Positions 41,701-54,380 of a stretch of 64,000 nucleotides of DNA are shown here, in pieces (the first letter of the stretch is position 1; every line of letters begins with the position of its first letter). The notes beneath the pieces were generated by a model. The model was not told the origin of the DNA. It was given only the letters and a program-made list of their open reading frames with translations, and searched no databases. Made by a program: the position numbers and the translations under genes. Source of the DNA: Paraspadella gotoi (taxonomy: Eukaryota > Animalia > Chaetognatha); NCBI GenBank assembly GCA_051294375.1, contig CM119263.1, positions 6,360,478 to 6,424,477 on the forward strand, given 5' to 3'.

Positions 41701-43289
41701 ATGTTTAAATCAACGACTACGAATTTTCTTTCGCAGATTCGAAACGTCGATCGCCAACGCCGACGAAATCTCGACTGCTTTCACCCCCGCCAACTCCTCT
41801 TATCAGCGTCACGCCCACAGAGGGTAAGCTCGTTGATTAGCGATCAATGAATTCATAATAATCAATCAATCGAAAAATCAATCATTCGCAGGCGACTCCA
41901 AAAAAACTATGGCCTCCTCCGTTTCCAATTATTCCATCATCTCCAACGCGTCGACGGCGTCCGGAGTCTCCGTCGCCACCGGCGCTGCCGCCGTCGCCCC
42001 TCGCGGCATGAAGTCCTCATCCTCCGTGGATTCCGGAATCTCCGGCTGCACCGCCGCGTCCGCGACCGGATCCGACTTTCACAAGCCGAAGCCGATCGAA
42101 GAGGAGGACGAGTCCGTCTCTCCCTTCCGGAAGAAGGCGGAGAAGAGTCATCGCAAGACGAAGAAAGGTGAAGGCGAACGACGAGCGGAGGTGGAGAAAG
42201 GTGGATGGTGGATGGTGGGCGGTGGGCGGCGACGCCGGGGGAAGGTATCGTCGAAAAGTTGGAAAGATGCTAAAGGAGAGAAGATGCAAGAAAGGCGAAG
42301 AAACAAAGGAGCGTCCGAGAAGGAAAAGAGGGAGATTTTGAATGAGGAAAATGAAGGGAGGACAAATTCTCGAGAGACAAAGATTAAGGAACAAAGTAAA
42401 ACTAAAATCGTCATTCAGGTTGAGGTGGAAGGTTTAAGAGAAAAGAAAGATAAAGGAGAAAGATTCGCCGGTCGGACGAAAGTTACAAAAAATGAAGAGG
42501 TTCAGGGAACAAGGGAGACAAAAGGCAAAGTGAGACGACGCGTCATAGAATCGAAAGATAAAAGTAAGTGGGAAAGTTTAAAAGTCGGATCGAAGGCGCG
42601 TTCCGTTTTGGACGGTATTTCCTCGCTGTTTCCGACGCATTTGAGCGTGGCGATCGCTTAAAGAATGATTTATAAGATCTGGCATCTTCATAGAATAAAC
42701 CTCATTATTTTTTATACTTAAATTCTTAACATATAAAATAATAAATGATTTATTTTGATACCTTACATGAGCATTGAGCAAACACAAAAATCGTAAAATA
42801 GCTGCACCCTCCAATGTAGGCTTGCAAAGGGCTTGATTGTGTTTGTTTTGCAAATAGGTAAATGTTTATATCGAGGAAGCACGCAAATGAATCTATTTTG
42901 TAAATGTTATTTTTAGATTAAATTTTTAATTTCTTAAACGTCACTTGTTTTTCGTCAAAGCGCTTCGAGTGCACATTATGATTATTATCACATTGTGTTT
43001 AATTCTGCCGCTTCTTCCTTATGCAGAATATCCAAAGGATCTTAAAAGATGCACGCCCGCCGAAAAAACCCTCTACACTTACGATTTATCAAAGTTAACG
43101 GCGCAAGCCCGCGCGCACGCTCACAACGGGCAAAATCACGCGCACCTTCACAATGGGCATCACCAGCACCATCTTTCGAGTTGTCCCGCCAATACTATTA
43201 ATATTTGTCCCAAAAAATCGAACGCGGCTTCCGCCATGCTATCAAATACGGCGGAGAAAATTGGGAAAGTTACTAAAGCTATTGTATAA
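31393..43289 (+). CDS. RING-HC (C3HC4) zinc-finger protein, probable E3 ubiquitin ligase, with low-complexity flanks
   Basis: Exons 31393-32306 (in-frame TGA at 32140-32142), 34666-34846, 35036-35161, 35582-35674, 40270-40481, 40811-41084, 41178-41442, 41737-41823, 41892-42167, 43027-43289; all GT-AG and phase-consistent, 2691 nt. Spliced RING: CVVCCNAPSTMQTFPCGHKVVCRKCFVKTIQ|VAVSQRCLPLRCVICR = C-x2-C-x11-C-x-H-x3-C-x2-C-x17-C-x2-C, preceded by a coiled segment (RYKQQQQERDRKKVTEKELQQLNQKIDKLLSKM). Core (34666-43289) is well supported; exon 1 is less certain. Confidence 0.85.
31790..31945 (+). repeat. 27-bp coding minisatellite (ASLAASSTS/ASLAASASS) x ~5.5 in RING gene exon 1
   Basis: Units GCGTCCTTGGCGGCGTCGTCGACGTCT and GCTTCCTTGGCGGCGTCAGCATCCTCG alternate in frame. 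Confidence 0.9.
36685..37760. repeat. Cluster of (CT)n and (AG)n microsatellites in the RING-splitting intron
   Basis: CT runs ~36685-36805 and ~36988-37078; AG runs ~37153-37235, ~37472-37533, ~37638-37760. Confidence 0.9.
40492..40640. repeat. Degenerate (GAT)n microsatellite, intronic
   Basis: gatgatgataatgatgatt... runs between RING gene exons 5 and 6. Confidence 0.9.
40716..40770. repeat. 18-bp tandem repeat x3 (TTGGCCTTGGATACAGAT)
   Basis: Three perfect units just upstream of the 40811 acceptor. Confidence 0.9.
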
Positions 43290-46200
43290 AATATATCGAT
43301 TTAAGATTTTAATATATTATATTACTGGAACACAAACACCAATTTAAAGCAATATGTAATATAAGTAGACATCACAGTGTTATGTTACTAATTCCGGAAA
43401 ACTATGACTAATTATACAATGGTGTGAAATTTCTCGAGAATTATCGGGTCAATTCTAAAGAAAGAATTTTAGATGATATAAGTTCTAATCGGAATGAGAT
43501 ATTTGAGCGAAAATTTTCGGCTGTGACTCTCGTGTGAAGTCTTGTTAGTTCACTTTTTTTATTTTCCAAAAAGATTTAGTCATTTTGACTCCAGTCTAAA
43601 TAAATGTCTCATCCGTTTTTCGTAAACTAAGCATTTTTTTCGGATAGCAATATCTATTTCATTTTCCAACTTGAACTACAATATAATCCGATATAAAGTT
43701 ATTAATCATTTTATTATACCCATAGACCAGTCTTCTCGTAAAAGTTGAAATCCTTGTGTGTTTGTGTTTTAAGTATAAACTGTCCCATGAGTAAATTTGG
43801 CCCAAAAATTATCTTGTTATGTACGGTTTTTTAATGTTTTCAAATGATTATTACTCGGCCATTATTGTGGTTGGCAGATCGCACCAGTCGATTGTGTCAA
43901 GGATCTTGCCCTTTAAAGTTTAAATTTTACTATTATTATGGGCAAGGTAAACCTGCTATGCTCAAATGTCCGAACTTGCACGTTGTTACCCGAATGTACT
44001 TTCCGCAATAGAATGTCTTTATGTATTGTTTTAAGTGTATGAATCAACTTTTGCTAATTCCTTGACCGATCGTGATTGTTATCAAGTGATATTTCATTTT
44101 ATTTGAAACTTTTTTTAATTCATACCCATCTTTACTTTACGACAATTATCTCGGATTAGAGAATAAGTGGTTGGTAATACTAAAATCTTTCTTTTAAAAT
44201 ATATTATCAAAACATAAAAGAAGCAAAACAATTGAATGTACTGAATATGAAACTGAAAAAAGTTATTTACTTTATAATAATGATAATGATATCAAAGAAC
44301 AAAATAATGATGCTAATCATTCATCTGTTTTATCTTATTTGCATGTTCTTTCAAGTTTAAAATACCTATAATTATTGAAATATGGGAATTAGTAATTCTT
44401 TTATTTCAAATATCAAGATGAAATGACTATGTCATCAGTTAACTTTTTAAAGTGAGCGACAGTATTGCATGGAAATGACTGATTTTTAAATATGTTACTT
44501 AGTGCAGGTAAATTTTGGCCCCTTTATGAAGTGGAAATGTGAGATTATTTATGCGATGAATAAACACATGATAAAAAATTTTGTTTACAGTTTACCAACA
44601 AATTTATTACTATTAGTATTAGCTAGCAAGTTATGGAAATATGAATAGCTTTCAATGAAATACAGGGTTGGGATTCAAAACTTAGATATTTGATAATAAG
44701 CGGAAACAGTTTCCCGCTTATCTAATCTATTTTTAGTATTATTTTTTTCTTTCTTTACTCCTTTTCTTTTCTTTCTTTTTTCTTTATTTTACACTTCTTC
44801 TCGGTTGCTCAGTGTAATGTACGACAATGAAAAAAATTAAACCTATATCAGAAAGAAAAAACATCAGTGATGAATTTGATGTAATTTAGAGGCCATAAAA
44901 TAAAATTCAATAATAATTTGCAACTGAAATCTAATGGTAAATCCTATTCTAAATTAAAAGAAGTATTGATTTTCATAATATAAGTTCTGCTTTTCTTATT
45001 TTAGAATAATAAGTATTGTGGTTAGATTTTTTCTTTTTTTTTCTTTAGACTTCAGTTCTTCTCCACAAGAGGTCGATTTAGTTAGAGCAAAAATTTCGAA
45101 CAAAAGGACATTTTGAGGAAACAACAAACACTTTCACTTTTCTTTTGATATCTCGAACGATATCATTAAACTTCGTATATCATTAGTTTCATTTATCAGC
45201 GTCTTCCTCACGATCAAGATTTTGGTCGTTTTGTTTCCTATACCTTTTATTTCACAATTGTGTTACATTTTCAGTCGATATATATATTTTTTAGCATTCT
45301 TCTATTTTTGTTTTCAAAAAAAAAAAAAAAAAAAAAAAAAACTTTCCAACTAATTTTTCCGTGATAGTCCATTCCTGTGATTCTCCGTATTTGTTTTATA
45401 CTTTAATGCCCATTTGGGCTACCACTCTACCTCATTTATTTTGTTTTTTCTTTCCAGAAAAAAAAGTAATAATAATAATTCAAGTAAACTCTCTCTTTGA
45501 TTTCCACAACTTCCAGTTACTACGGAATACGGATGATATGATATGATATCGACTAACTCGTTTGATGTTCCTTCTTTTCAGTATAAAATGAGCTTTCACA
45601 GTTTTACTATTAGTAAATGAAAATTAAACATTCGGCCTGAATACGACTACGGACGACAAATTTCATTGTTTCGTCGGAGTATAACTAAAAATTTTCATCT
45701 ACCTTATCTATACTATATATACTCTACTGTTTTTTGAGTTGTTTATTTAGTTTTTTATGGATAAGGCGCTAAGTGGGCTGAAGATGACTCATTGCCTATC
45801 CGCAACTTCTATAACCCCCTCTTGCAGCCATGGAACGGGTCCTGGGCTTGGAACCAGGATTAGGGGTTTTCCAGGCCCCCAAGGCGGTTTACAGTACCTA
45901 ATGCAGTGGTCATGAGCTGATGGTATTACTATTACTCAATGAATAACCGGATAATGACTGAAGGCTATCTTCTTATAGGTGGGGTGAACATTAGGGTGAA
46001 GTGAAATTTTGGAATCAAAATTTAGCAGTTATATCTTGAAAACTATCATATTAATAAATACTAATCTGTAGTTATTTTTTTTTTATAAATATTGTAGCCC
46101 AGTCAGCTTATTTTGTATATAGTACTACCCTTATATAATGTCAAAATTGTAAAATGGTTTTTTTTAATTCTGAGAACAGATTCAGATTCCTCGTTAAAAG

Positions 46201-47100
46201 TTGATAAAAAAATATAAATCTTTTTTAAAAATTGTTATTAATTAGGTTAAAATTATACTTTCTTATGTTAACTTTTTGCAAGGAATCCAAATCCGATCTT
46301 AAAATTTTAAAATTAGCAATTTTAAATTTTAGCCTTTATATACTTAATACTATATATAAATATGTCGGTCAGAAATAAGGTTGATAAACTTTCGAACAAA
46401 AGACTCAAAATGTTTTAAATTTACATGTCAAACCGATTTTAATCACTCATGATAATACCATTGTAGTCTCTTTTTGTTTTCCAGTGTTAACAATTCGTTT
46501 TGTGGATGTATAAATACTGGGCTACTTGATGGATGTTCGAAAAAAAACTTTAAAAGATGCCTTGTTGGGGCTTATGGATTCTGTTGCTATCCAGCATTAT
46601 TGGAGGTATTTACGATATTGAATTTAGTTGTTTAACCGCGGATTAAAGCGTTTTCCATCAAATTACGTTAATCCTTTATCACCCATGTTAACGCTTAATA
46701 ATTGCTGAGGCATTACACAATTCTTATCAATGAATCTATAAATACTAAAATCTTAAAAATTTTGAGCTTTAACTTATATAGGGTAGTGGGGGTAATTCGG
46801 AAGAGGGGTATTTCGGAACACTGATATTTAAAATTAAATAAAAACATTTTGTGCTAATCTTTTATGACTTTGTTGGTGCATTAAATATTTCACCAACTAG
46901 ACTTTCCATAATTAAAGGTACAGCGTTCTGCAGTAATTTCAAAACTGCTCGTTAAATTTCGTCTTTAAGTAGTCGTTTTCAAGCCTCTGTCAGTCATATT
47001 TGACGTCATATGATTATTAAATATTAATATCTAATAAACGAGACTACTAATTTTAATTTATAGTACATAGCATTTCTATTTAAAAATCTATTTAAAAAAA

Positions 47101-47200
47101 TTGTATTCGGTCTTTCTTTTTGTTGTTTGCTTTAATTTAAGGAATGTAACGAAAATTCGTTTTTGAACAACAATTTAATAAGTTTATAAGGACATGTTTC
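47101..47200 (-). mobile_element. Dispersed ~100-bp fragment of the same pLTR-like repeat family
   Basis: TTGTATTCGGTCTTTCTTTTTGTTGTTT...TTAAGGAATGTAACGAAAATTCG...TATAAGGACATGTTTC is the reverse complement of ~56049-56150. It is truncated at the GAAACATGTC hammerhead half. Confidence 0.6.
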
Positions 47201-48699
47201 TTAAATTAAATTAAATTTAAAAAATTTTAAATTAAAAAAAAAATTAAAAAGTACTTTAAAAAATCTATTTTAGCATTAAAAAATATATAAAGATAAAAAA
47301 TATTCAAAAAAGAAATAATTAAAAAATAGGATAAAGAAAAAATAAAATTTTCATTAAAGTATTTTAAAATTATATTCATGACATAAAGGTGCCCCTATAG
47401 ACCTTTCCCCAGTATGTATCCCTATCAGAACATACAATTCTACATGGTAGTCTTATCCCTATTGGTAAAAAAATCATATATAACGTTGGTCCCTCAAAAA
47501 ATTATCCATTCCCACCCCTTTCTGTTCAGTCTCTTAGATATTATGATTTTTCATTAATGACTTTCTAACAGAAATGATGTGTGATATCTATTAGAAAACT
47601 AGGACAGATAGTAATCTAACCTTGTGTTGTATAGATGCTCCCTCTATTTCCAGAAGACAACACTGACTTCCCCTTCCCAAATTGAATTATTAGATAAATA
47701 AAACATTTTTAAAAAATAAAGCAATATATGTTTGAATAAATAATATTGATTAAATACTAAATCCTTCATAAAAATATTAAAATAGAAAAATGAAAAATAG
47801 TGAAACAAGTAATTTGCAAATTTTCATACAAAAGTTTTGAATAAAATATAACGCCTAAATGGGGTTAAAAAATTATTAGAGACAAAATTAAGATGAAATT
47901 AATACAAATCAATATGAATATATATATTTGGATAAGAAAAAAGGGATAATTTTTCAAAAATGAGGAGATTTATTTATTTTTTTGCGTTAAGAAATAAAAA
48001 TAAAAATCATTGAATCATCGTAAAACCATCTAGTTTGAATGACAAATCGATTTCTTTTATTTTAGCTATAAGTATTACGTAATTGCCCATTGCCAAATGT
48101 GCCCAGACCTCTTCACTACAGCGCTATCGTGAAATTTTGTTCCTAATCCTCTGTTAAATTAGTCTAAAAAAATCGTACCCAGGCCAGACTGTTGCCTATT
48201 GAAAACCCAATTAAGCCGTAACCCTTGGTATAATAGGATATTAATATAATTAGCGGGTGATATGGTAGTAAAGAGCATAATTACATCAATTAGTATTATC
48301 TTTGCTATAATTTATTAATATATTCAGTATATATGTTGAATGTTGATGTATAAAATATGAAAAACAACGGTTATTATCAATAATATTAATTTTCGAGCGT
48401 TATTCATCTTTGAGTCGCTCTTCGTCTTTGGTAATCTTTGTTCAATGTTCACACAATAGCTTGATGAAAGTTGGTATAACAGGGTTGGTCCTATTGGTTC
48501 GAACCAACTCTCTACTGCATTATGCTCGGCGTGCCCCCCCCCCCAATTTTTCTATTATGATTTGCCGCTCGGTTCTATTTACGCTGCGCATTTTCTCTCA
48601 TTCCTAATTTCGGTCGGTCGTCGCGCCGTCACGCTGCCGCGATGTTATCGGGATCATGATATCGTTGGGAAAACCAGAAAATTGGTCGGGGGAAACCGA

Positions 48700-48733
<34 letters not shown>

Positions 48734-50932
48734 CTCGTCCTCCTTTCGGCGCCCGACCGAGATTTCTCGCTCCGCTTTTCCTCCCGCTGAAAAATCGGGA
48801 CGAAGATTGCGATGGCGGGATTCCCCCTTTTCTATGAGCTGCGCGACCGCGAGCGGTGGTCGCGGAACCCTCGTCGCCGCCGACAGCGACGACGACGAAA
48901 GGAACGACGCGGAAGCGACGACGACGACCGAGCCGACGATGAACGAAGGGGGGTTGCGTTGTGGGAAACGCCGCTCGCGCTGTCCTCGGCCGATGGCATC
49001 ATGGAATCCTTACTCTTCCCTTCTCGGGCCGCGACGACGACGACGAAGGCTCCCGCATAATTTCGGTCGACGTCAAGCAGACGAGGGCGCTAATGTATGC
49101 CGAGGAATTCCCCGCGCATAGATGGCGGGAAGATGGCGACACGGATTTTTTTTTTATATTTTTAAACGACTCGCTGATTTTGCGCTGCCAACTAAACGCA
49201 TACATAAAATCAGTGCTGCGCGATCAACCGGGTGGAGAGTGGGGAGGGGAGAAAATAAAGTAATAAAAAAATTGTATTTTGCCGCCGATCACCTTTAATA
49301 TCGATTACACCGTCGCGCTCTGTTTTTCAGCAAACGTTTTTGGTGATGACGATTGGTACATCGGCTGCTTCGGCGACCCGCGCCGAAGATCCATTGCTCA
49401 AACTACCCCCGACCAATTAAGTCCTCCGCACAGGTTATTTCTTTTCCCAATTTTGTCTTCCGAGTTATGGAGTAGTCGTATATATCACTCTATTAACACT
49501 CATCTGGATTTTCTCTTCAATACCTTTCAGCGAAAATGAACAAATTTTGGATCGCAGATCTTCAAATGCGAAAAGTTCATCTGAAAAGGCATGCAAATAC
49601 GATGTAGCTGCATGCTGCCGTGTTTGTGGAAGTGATAGGTGAGTACATATTTTATTTTTCATGCAATTCGCATACGTGCTCATAAAGGCCTCGAAGCTTG
49701 TAGTGCAAAAAAATTCAGTGATTCTGTAGTATTTTACTTTTAGTCTAAAGAAACTGAAATATATCATCTACCAAAAAACATAATTCTTACCAAAGAACTG
49801 AAAACTTAAAAATGTCATAGTATTTTGTTTCTATATAACTGCGTAAATATGATCGTTAATTAGTTTTTGTCATAATTGCTGATCACTTAGGCATCAGTCA
49901 TAACCGCGTTTTCTTATTATGGTGAAGTTGTATTACATAAGAATATCTGTGCTTTGCTTATTTGAAAAAAGATTTCAAATATCTTTATATATCAATCTTT
50001 ATGACAGGTTTTTCCAGATATGGGCACATTGTTTGCAATTCCTGAAAGTGATAAAACGATATAATATTTATAGAGCTACTTTTGGCATTTTAAGTTGATC
50101 AATCAGCAAACACTAAGCTCTAAAAGTTTGGAATTTGTATGGCTGTTTTTAACTTGGCTTTGTTTTACTGCGCTGTGACTGTGATTTTTATATATTATAT
50201 TATAAATTTTGTATATAAGTTTGAGACATTTTAAAAAATTTTAGCAGAGAAGGATTTAGCTTGCCGTTCCATTCTCCTCTTCCTCTTCTTTTCTCCTCCT
50301 CCTGCCCCTCGGTATATTTTGTCTTGCGATACATTCTCTAGTTTCTACTCTTCGCGAAATATACAATTTTTTCCCTCAATTTCCTCACGCCTTCAATACC
50401 CCTCAAGTTTAGAAATGTTTTTAAAATTTTGTAATAGTTATTTTAAAGCTATTCTTTTGTTCCGAAAGGTTATTTCTTTTCTACTCTTATTTATTGACTT
50501 ACTCTTTATATGACCTAACTTTTCACCAAGCTAATTAGTAATTACCTCTTTTATATCATTGAATGACAGTGGTACGGACTTCGCCGGAAATAAATTTGTT
50601 AGTCTTAAAAAAACTTGATATCGCAGACGCAGTGTTTAATGCATGTATAAATTTATGATCTTCATAATGTAAAGTGAGGTCTAGCTCTATTGCGACCAGC
50701 TTCAGGTGCTTACAGCGCAATAACGGTTTATGATAGAAGAAAAAAAGGAGTGTAATTGGAAACTAGGCTAATTTCTCTTTCAATCGTTATCAAAAATGTT
50801 TGGAAAATTTAGCGGCAACTTTGGTAATTGATGCTTTTTGCATATCATGTATTTTTTTTTGTGAAATCCTTTCTTTCGTTCTTTTGGATTACGAAAAAGT
50901 TTTAATTAGATTCAAGAACTATTTTTTGAGAC

Positions 50933-50975
50933 AGTGAACATGTTTCGACTTTAAATTCAAGTCTTCATCAGCACT
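50933..50975 (-). ncRNA. Minimal type-I hammerhead ribozyme (Penelope-like-element type)
   Basis: Reverse complement reads AGUG-CUGAUGA-A-GACUU(GAAUUUA)AAGUC-GAA-A(CAUG)U-U-CACU. Stem I AGUG/CACU, intact CUGAUGA and GAAA core, extra A between A9 and G10.1, 5-bp stem II, 1-bp stem III capped by the palindrome CAUG, GUU cleavage triplet. Confidence 0.75.
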
Positions 50976-53900
50976 TGTGATTCGATAAACAATTTTCACA
51001 TTACAGGAAATGTGCGAGAGAAAAGTGGGAAAAGGTTACCAACAAAGATTTTGAGAAAGGGACAGTAGTTAAAGTTGAGGACAGGATAAGTTTAGACCAG
51101 AGAGAGAGATATTGAAAAGAAACTTGGTGTGATTGTGTGTGGGAGAGAGAGAGATAAATAGTGAATCTGGGTAAAGGCAAATATATACATTTAGGTAATA
51201 AACAAGGTAACATAGGCAAACTTAACAATTAAAAAGAAAATAAATTAGTAACCATAATTAATTAATCATTNNNNNNNNNNNNNNNNNNNNNNNNNTAAAG
51301 AGAATGAAATGGAAAAGGAAATTTATATAAGTGGTGAGGGATAGCTAAGAATAAAGTAAGGGAAAATTAAGATAAAAAAGAGCTCAAAGTGAGCTGTCCC
51401 CCCCCCAGCCGGGCAAAGGAAGGACGGGACGATGGTGCCGGGTCATTGGCTTGTTATTGGCTGTGAGGACAAGGTTGTCGCAAACGAGATCGAGGGAAAT
51501 ATATCATAATTTTTCGCCCCGGTTCGTAACAAAATTTTGGGAAATTTTGGCGAAAATGAAGATGAAGATGGTAACTTCTGACTTGAGACCGCGCAGTTTT
51601 TCTGAATGTAATAACCCTGTGTTAATGAAAATGTAGGATAGAGTAGCAGGTTGTCCAACGCATCCCCTCCAGAATTGGATTCCTGGGCGCGGTCACAAAA
51701 GCATATGCCGACATCTCTGAAACCTTGGAAAAGGTCATGGTTGCCAAAAGTTAATATTTTTTATGAATTGTGATATCTTTACAATTCTTAACATGTGTAT
51801 TAATTTCCATGTCATAATTCGTTTATTTATCCATTCAAACGAATTTTTTTATTTAGTTCTTAAAGTTTGAATAGAATCGTTCAAATAAAATAAATTTTAT
51901 CTATTTGTCTTATTTTAGCTTTAAACTAATATTTGGATAAATTGAATTAAAATATAATATTTAATGGAAAAAGTAATTGATGAAATTAAAAATTAAGTTT
52001 TGATGAATTGTTTATGGAAATGGGTATAAATAAAAAAAATATTTCGGTTCAACAACCGAAATATTTTTTCATTTAATTATCAAACACAACGAAAAGAGAG
52101 ATTACAATTATTTTATTATATATATAAATTTATGTATATACAAAATTATATCTTATTAAAAAAATTATTTCATTTTTTTAATAACAAATATATAATTTAA
52201 TAAAAAGCAAAAAATATTTAAATAAAAAATAATTTCCAAACAAAAATTGGTACAAAATAAATCATTTATTAGGTAATCGCCATACTTTTGCTGACGGGAA
52301 CTGAACTGGTTGGTTATTGTTTTATACATACATCATTATATTTTTTTCTTGTTGTATCATAAAAATGTTTTTTTCGAATTTTAAAAACTGATATGGGTAG
52401 AGCTAAAAAAATAAATAAAAAATATTATTAATACTAATAATAATAATAATAAACTATTAATAATAGATTTCCAAATTTTTATGTTTTATCAATTAAAATT
52501 AGTAAAAAAATATAAAATTATAGTATGTTAATAATGATAATTTTTGGGAGTTTTCCCCCAATTTAACCCACTTATCATCGAAATGTTTTCATTGCCAATT
52601 CATTTATAAATATTGAAATGTTTCACTAGTTAAAAAAAGTGATAGTAAATATATGATGAACAAATGAATTTTGTATTATAGAACTTCTAATGATAAAAAG
52701 TGACAAATTCTGGCCCGTCTTAGTAGTTAGGGTGAAGGGTAGTTAGGGTTAGGGGTGGTTACTGGTTAGTTAAAATTATGGTTACGGTTAAAGGTGGTTG
52801 GGGTAAAATTAAAAAAAAACAATTATTTTTTTTGTGATCAATTAATTAAAAAATTAAATATTAATTATATTTTTTTCTTTAATTCAAATTTAAATTTTAA
52901 CAGATAATAAAAAACCAGGGCTTAAGCATTTAGTTTAAGGAGAATGAGAGAGAAACATGTATTATAATAGCTTATACTTAGTTAAATCAGAATTATATTA
53001 TTATTTTTTTAATATTAATCCGGAATTCCGGATTCATCATCTCATTAGTTAATTGTGGCATAAACGAGCAGAAATGGGGCGCTCTGGGAAAATAGTGCCA
53101 AAACTTTTTGGTGTTTTTCTAATGGACAGTAAACACCGGGTATCACAATGGAAAAGATTATGACATTTTCTTTCGTTTTTTGATTTTCGTAAACTCGATC
53201 GTTCTCTTCGGAAGACTAATTGCTTGCCCAATCCCCCAGAAAAAAAATTCGGTTGAATTTTTTTTTCCATTTCTGAGTTTATCTTTGAAAAACTCTTTTT
53301 ACAAGTTCAGCCCGATCCTTCTTCGAATTCCTCCAATCCACGTTGGTCTTTGAGAGAAGGAATGTTTCCTGTCTCACCGTCGATCCCTCGGTGAAAAAAA
53401 GCCTTTCCGAATTTTTTTTTTTCGGTCTGCCTAGTTATATTGTCGCTTTCCTTTTAAGAGTTGGAATTTTAATTTTATTTAAAAATTGGTTTCTCGGGTG
53501 AAACCGGATTTTTTTTATTACTTAAGACCGATGACGTGATCGACACTGAAAACGTGATTGATAAGTCCAAAGGGGAAGTCTCTCGCATTTTTCCTAACAT
53601 ATATGGTTTCGTGTCATCGCGCGACTTATGATCTTGAATTATGTCACGACAAATGTCACGAAATTAGTTTTTTTTTTGCCTGATTGCCTCCTACGTCTCG
53701 AGTTTAAAAACACACATCAAACTTTTTTTCGTTTAAATTAAAATCATTCGGTTAACTTCGTCCTTTTTTCTTTGGATGTTGCTTCGACCATCTTTACTTC
53801 AAGCTATGTCAAAACATTACGTTCCTTCTTTGGGCCATTATTTTAATATTATATTGTAACTAATCATTTATGTATTTTGAGTAATTTTTACTTTTGCTCC

Positions 53901-53994
53901 GACTTTCTTTTTCTTTCCTTAGGCGTTGTCTGATTATCGGATGAATTTCTAGATGACCTTCCCACCCCTAGGCATTTTTGTGTTAACAACCAAA

Positions 53995-54075
53995 GACGTA
54001 ATGACGTGCTTTTTCTCTTTTTCGCGATCTAACTAGTTATACAATCTTTCTTGTCAAATCGACCTATAAATGCTC
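53995..54075 (+). promoter_or_regulatory. Candidate core promoter of the PDZ-LIM gene (TATAAAT at 54065, TGACGT upstream); duplicate at ~60590-60665
   Basis: CCTATAAAT ~315 bp upstream of the ATG. Motif-only evidence. Confidence 0.3.
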
Positions 54076-54380
54076 TCTTCGATTTAAAAACATACAGCGG
54101 GCATAGTTCCAATCGAAGTTTTGCGCGTAGGAACTTTGAAGCGGAAAACAAGCCCGTTCCTAAGACGAATGAGTGAGCGAATTTGATCGAAGAAATCTCA
54201 TCGTTATCTTTTTTTTTCGCTTATTGAACGCCAATCTGAAGATTTTTTTTTCTATTCGATTTGCCTCTTTCCGAATCCTCCAAGAAATTTCTGACCTTGA
54301 AGTATGCGGCTCGACTTTTTGAACGATTCGAAACCGGTAGACAACTGTTATCCGAATGAAAGGAAAATACTGTTGAAACC

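Noticed and set aside
42168-42661. K/E-rich extension of ORF 41909-42661 as an alternative C-terminus
   Set aside because: A phase-matched donor (42167) and terminal exon (43027) exist; the purine-rich intron is T-poor, so a stop-free run is expected.
45775-45830. CTGAAGATG as another hammerhead core
   Set aside because: No downstream stem II closure or GAAA box, and no stem I partner.
52720-52765. TTAGGG telomere-like repeats (also ~59318-59350)
   Set aside because: Only about three degenerate units; too short for an interstitial telomere call.
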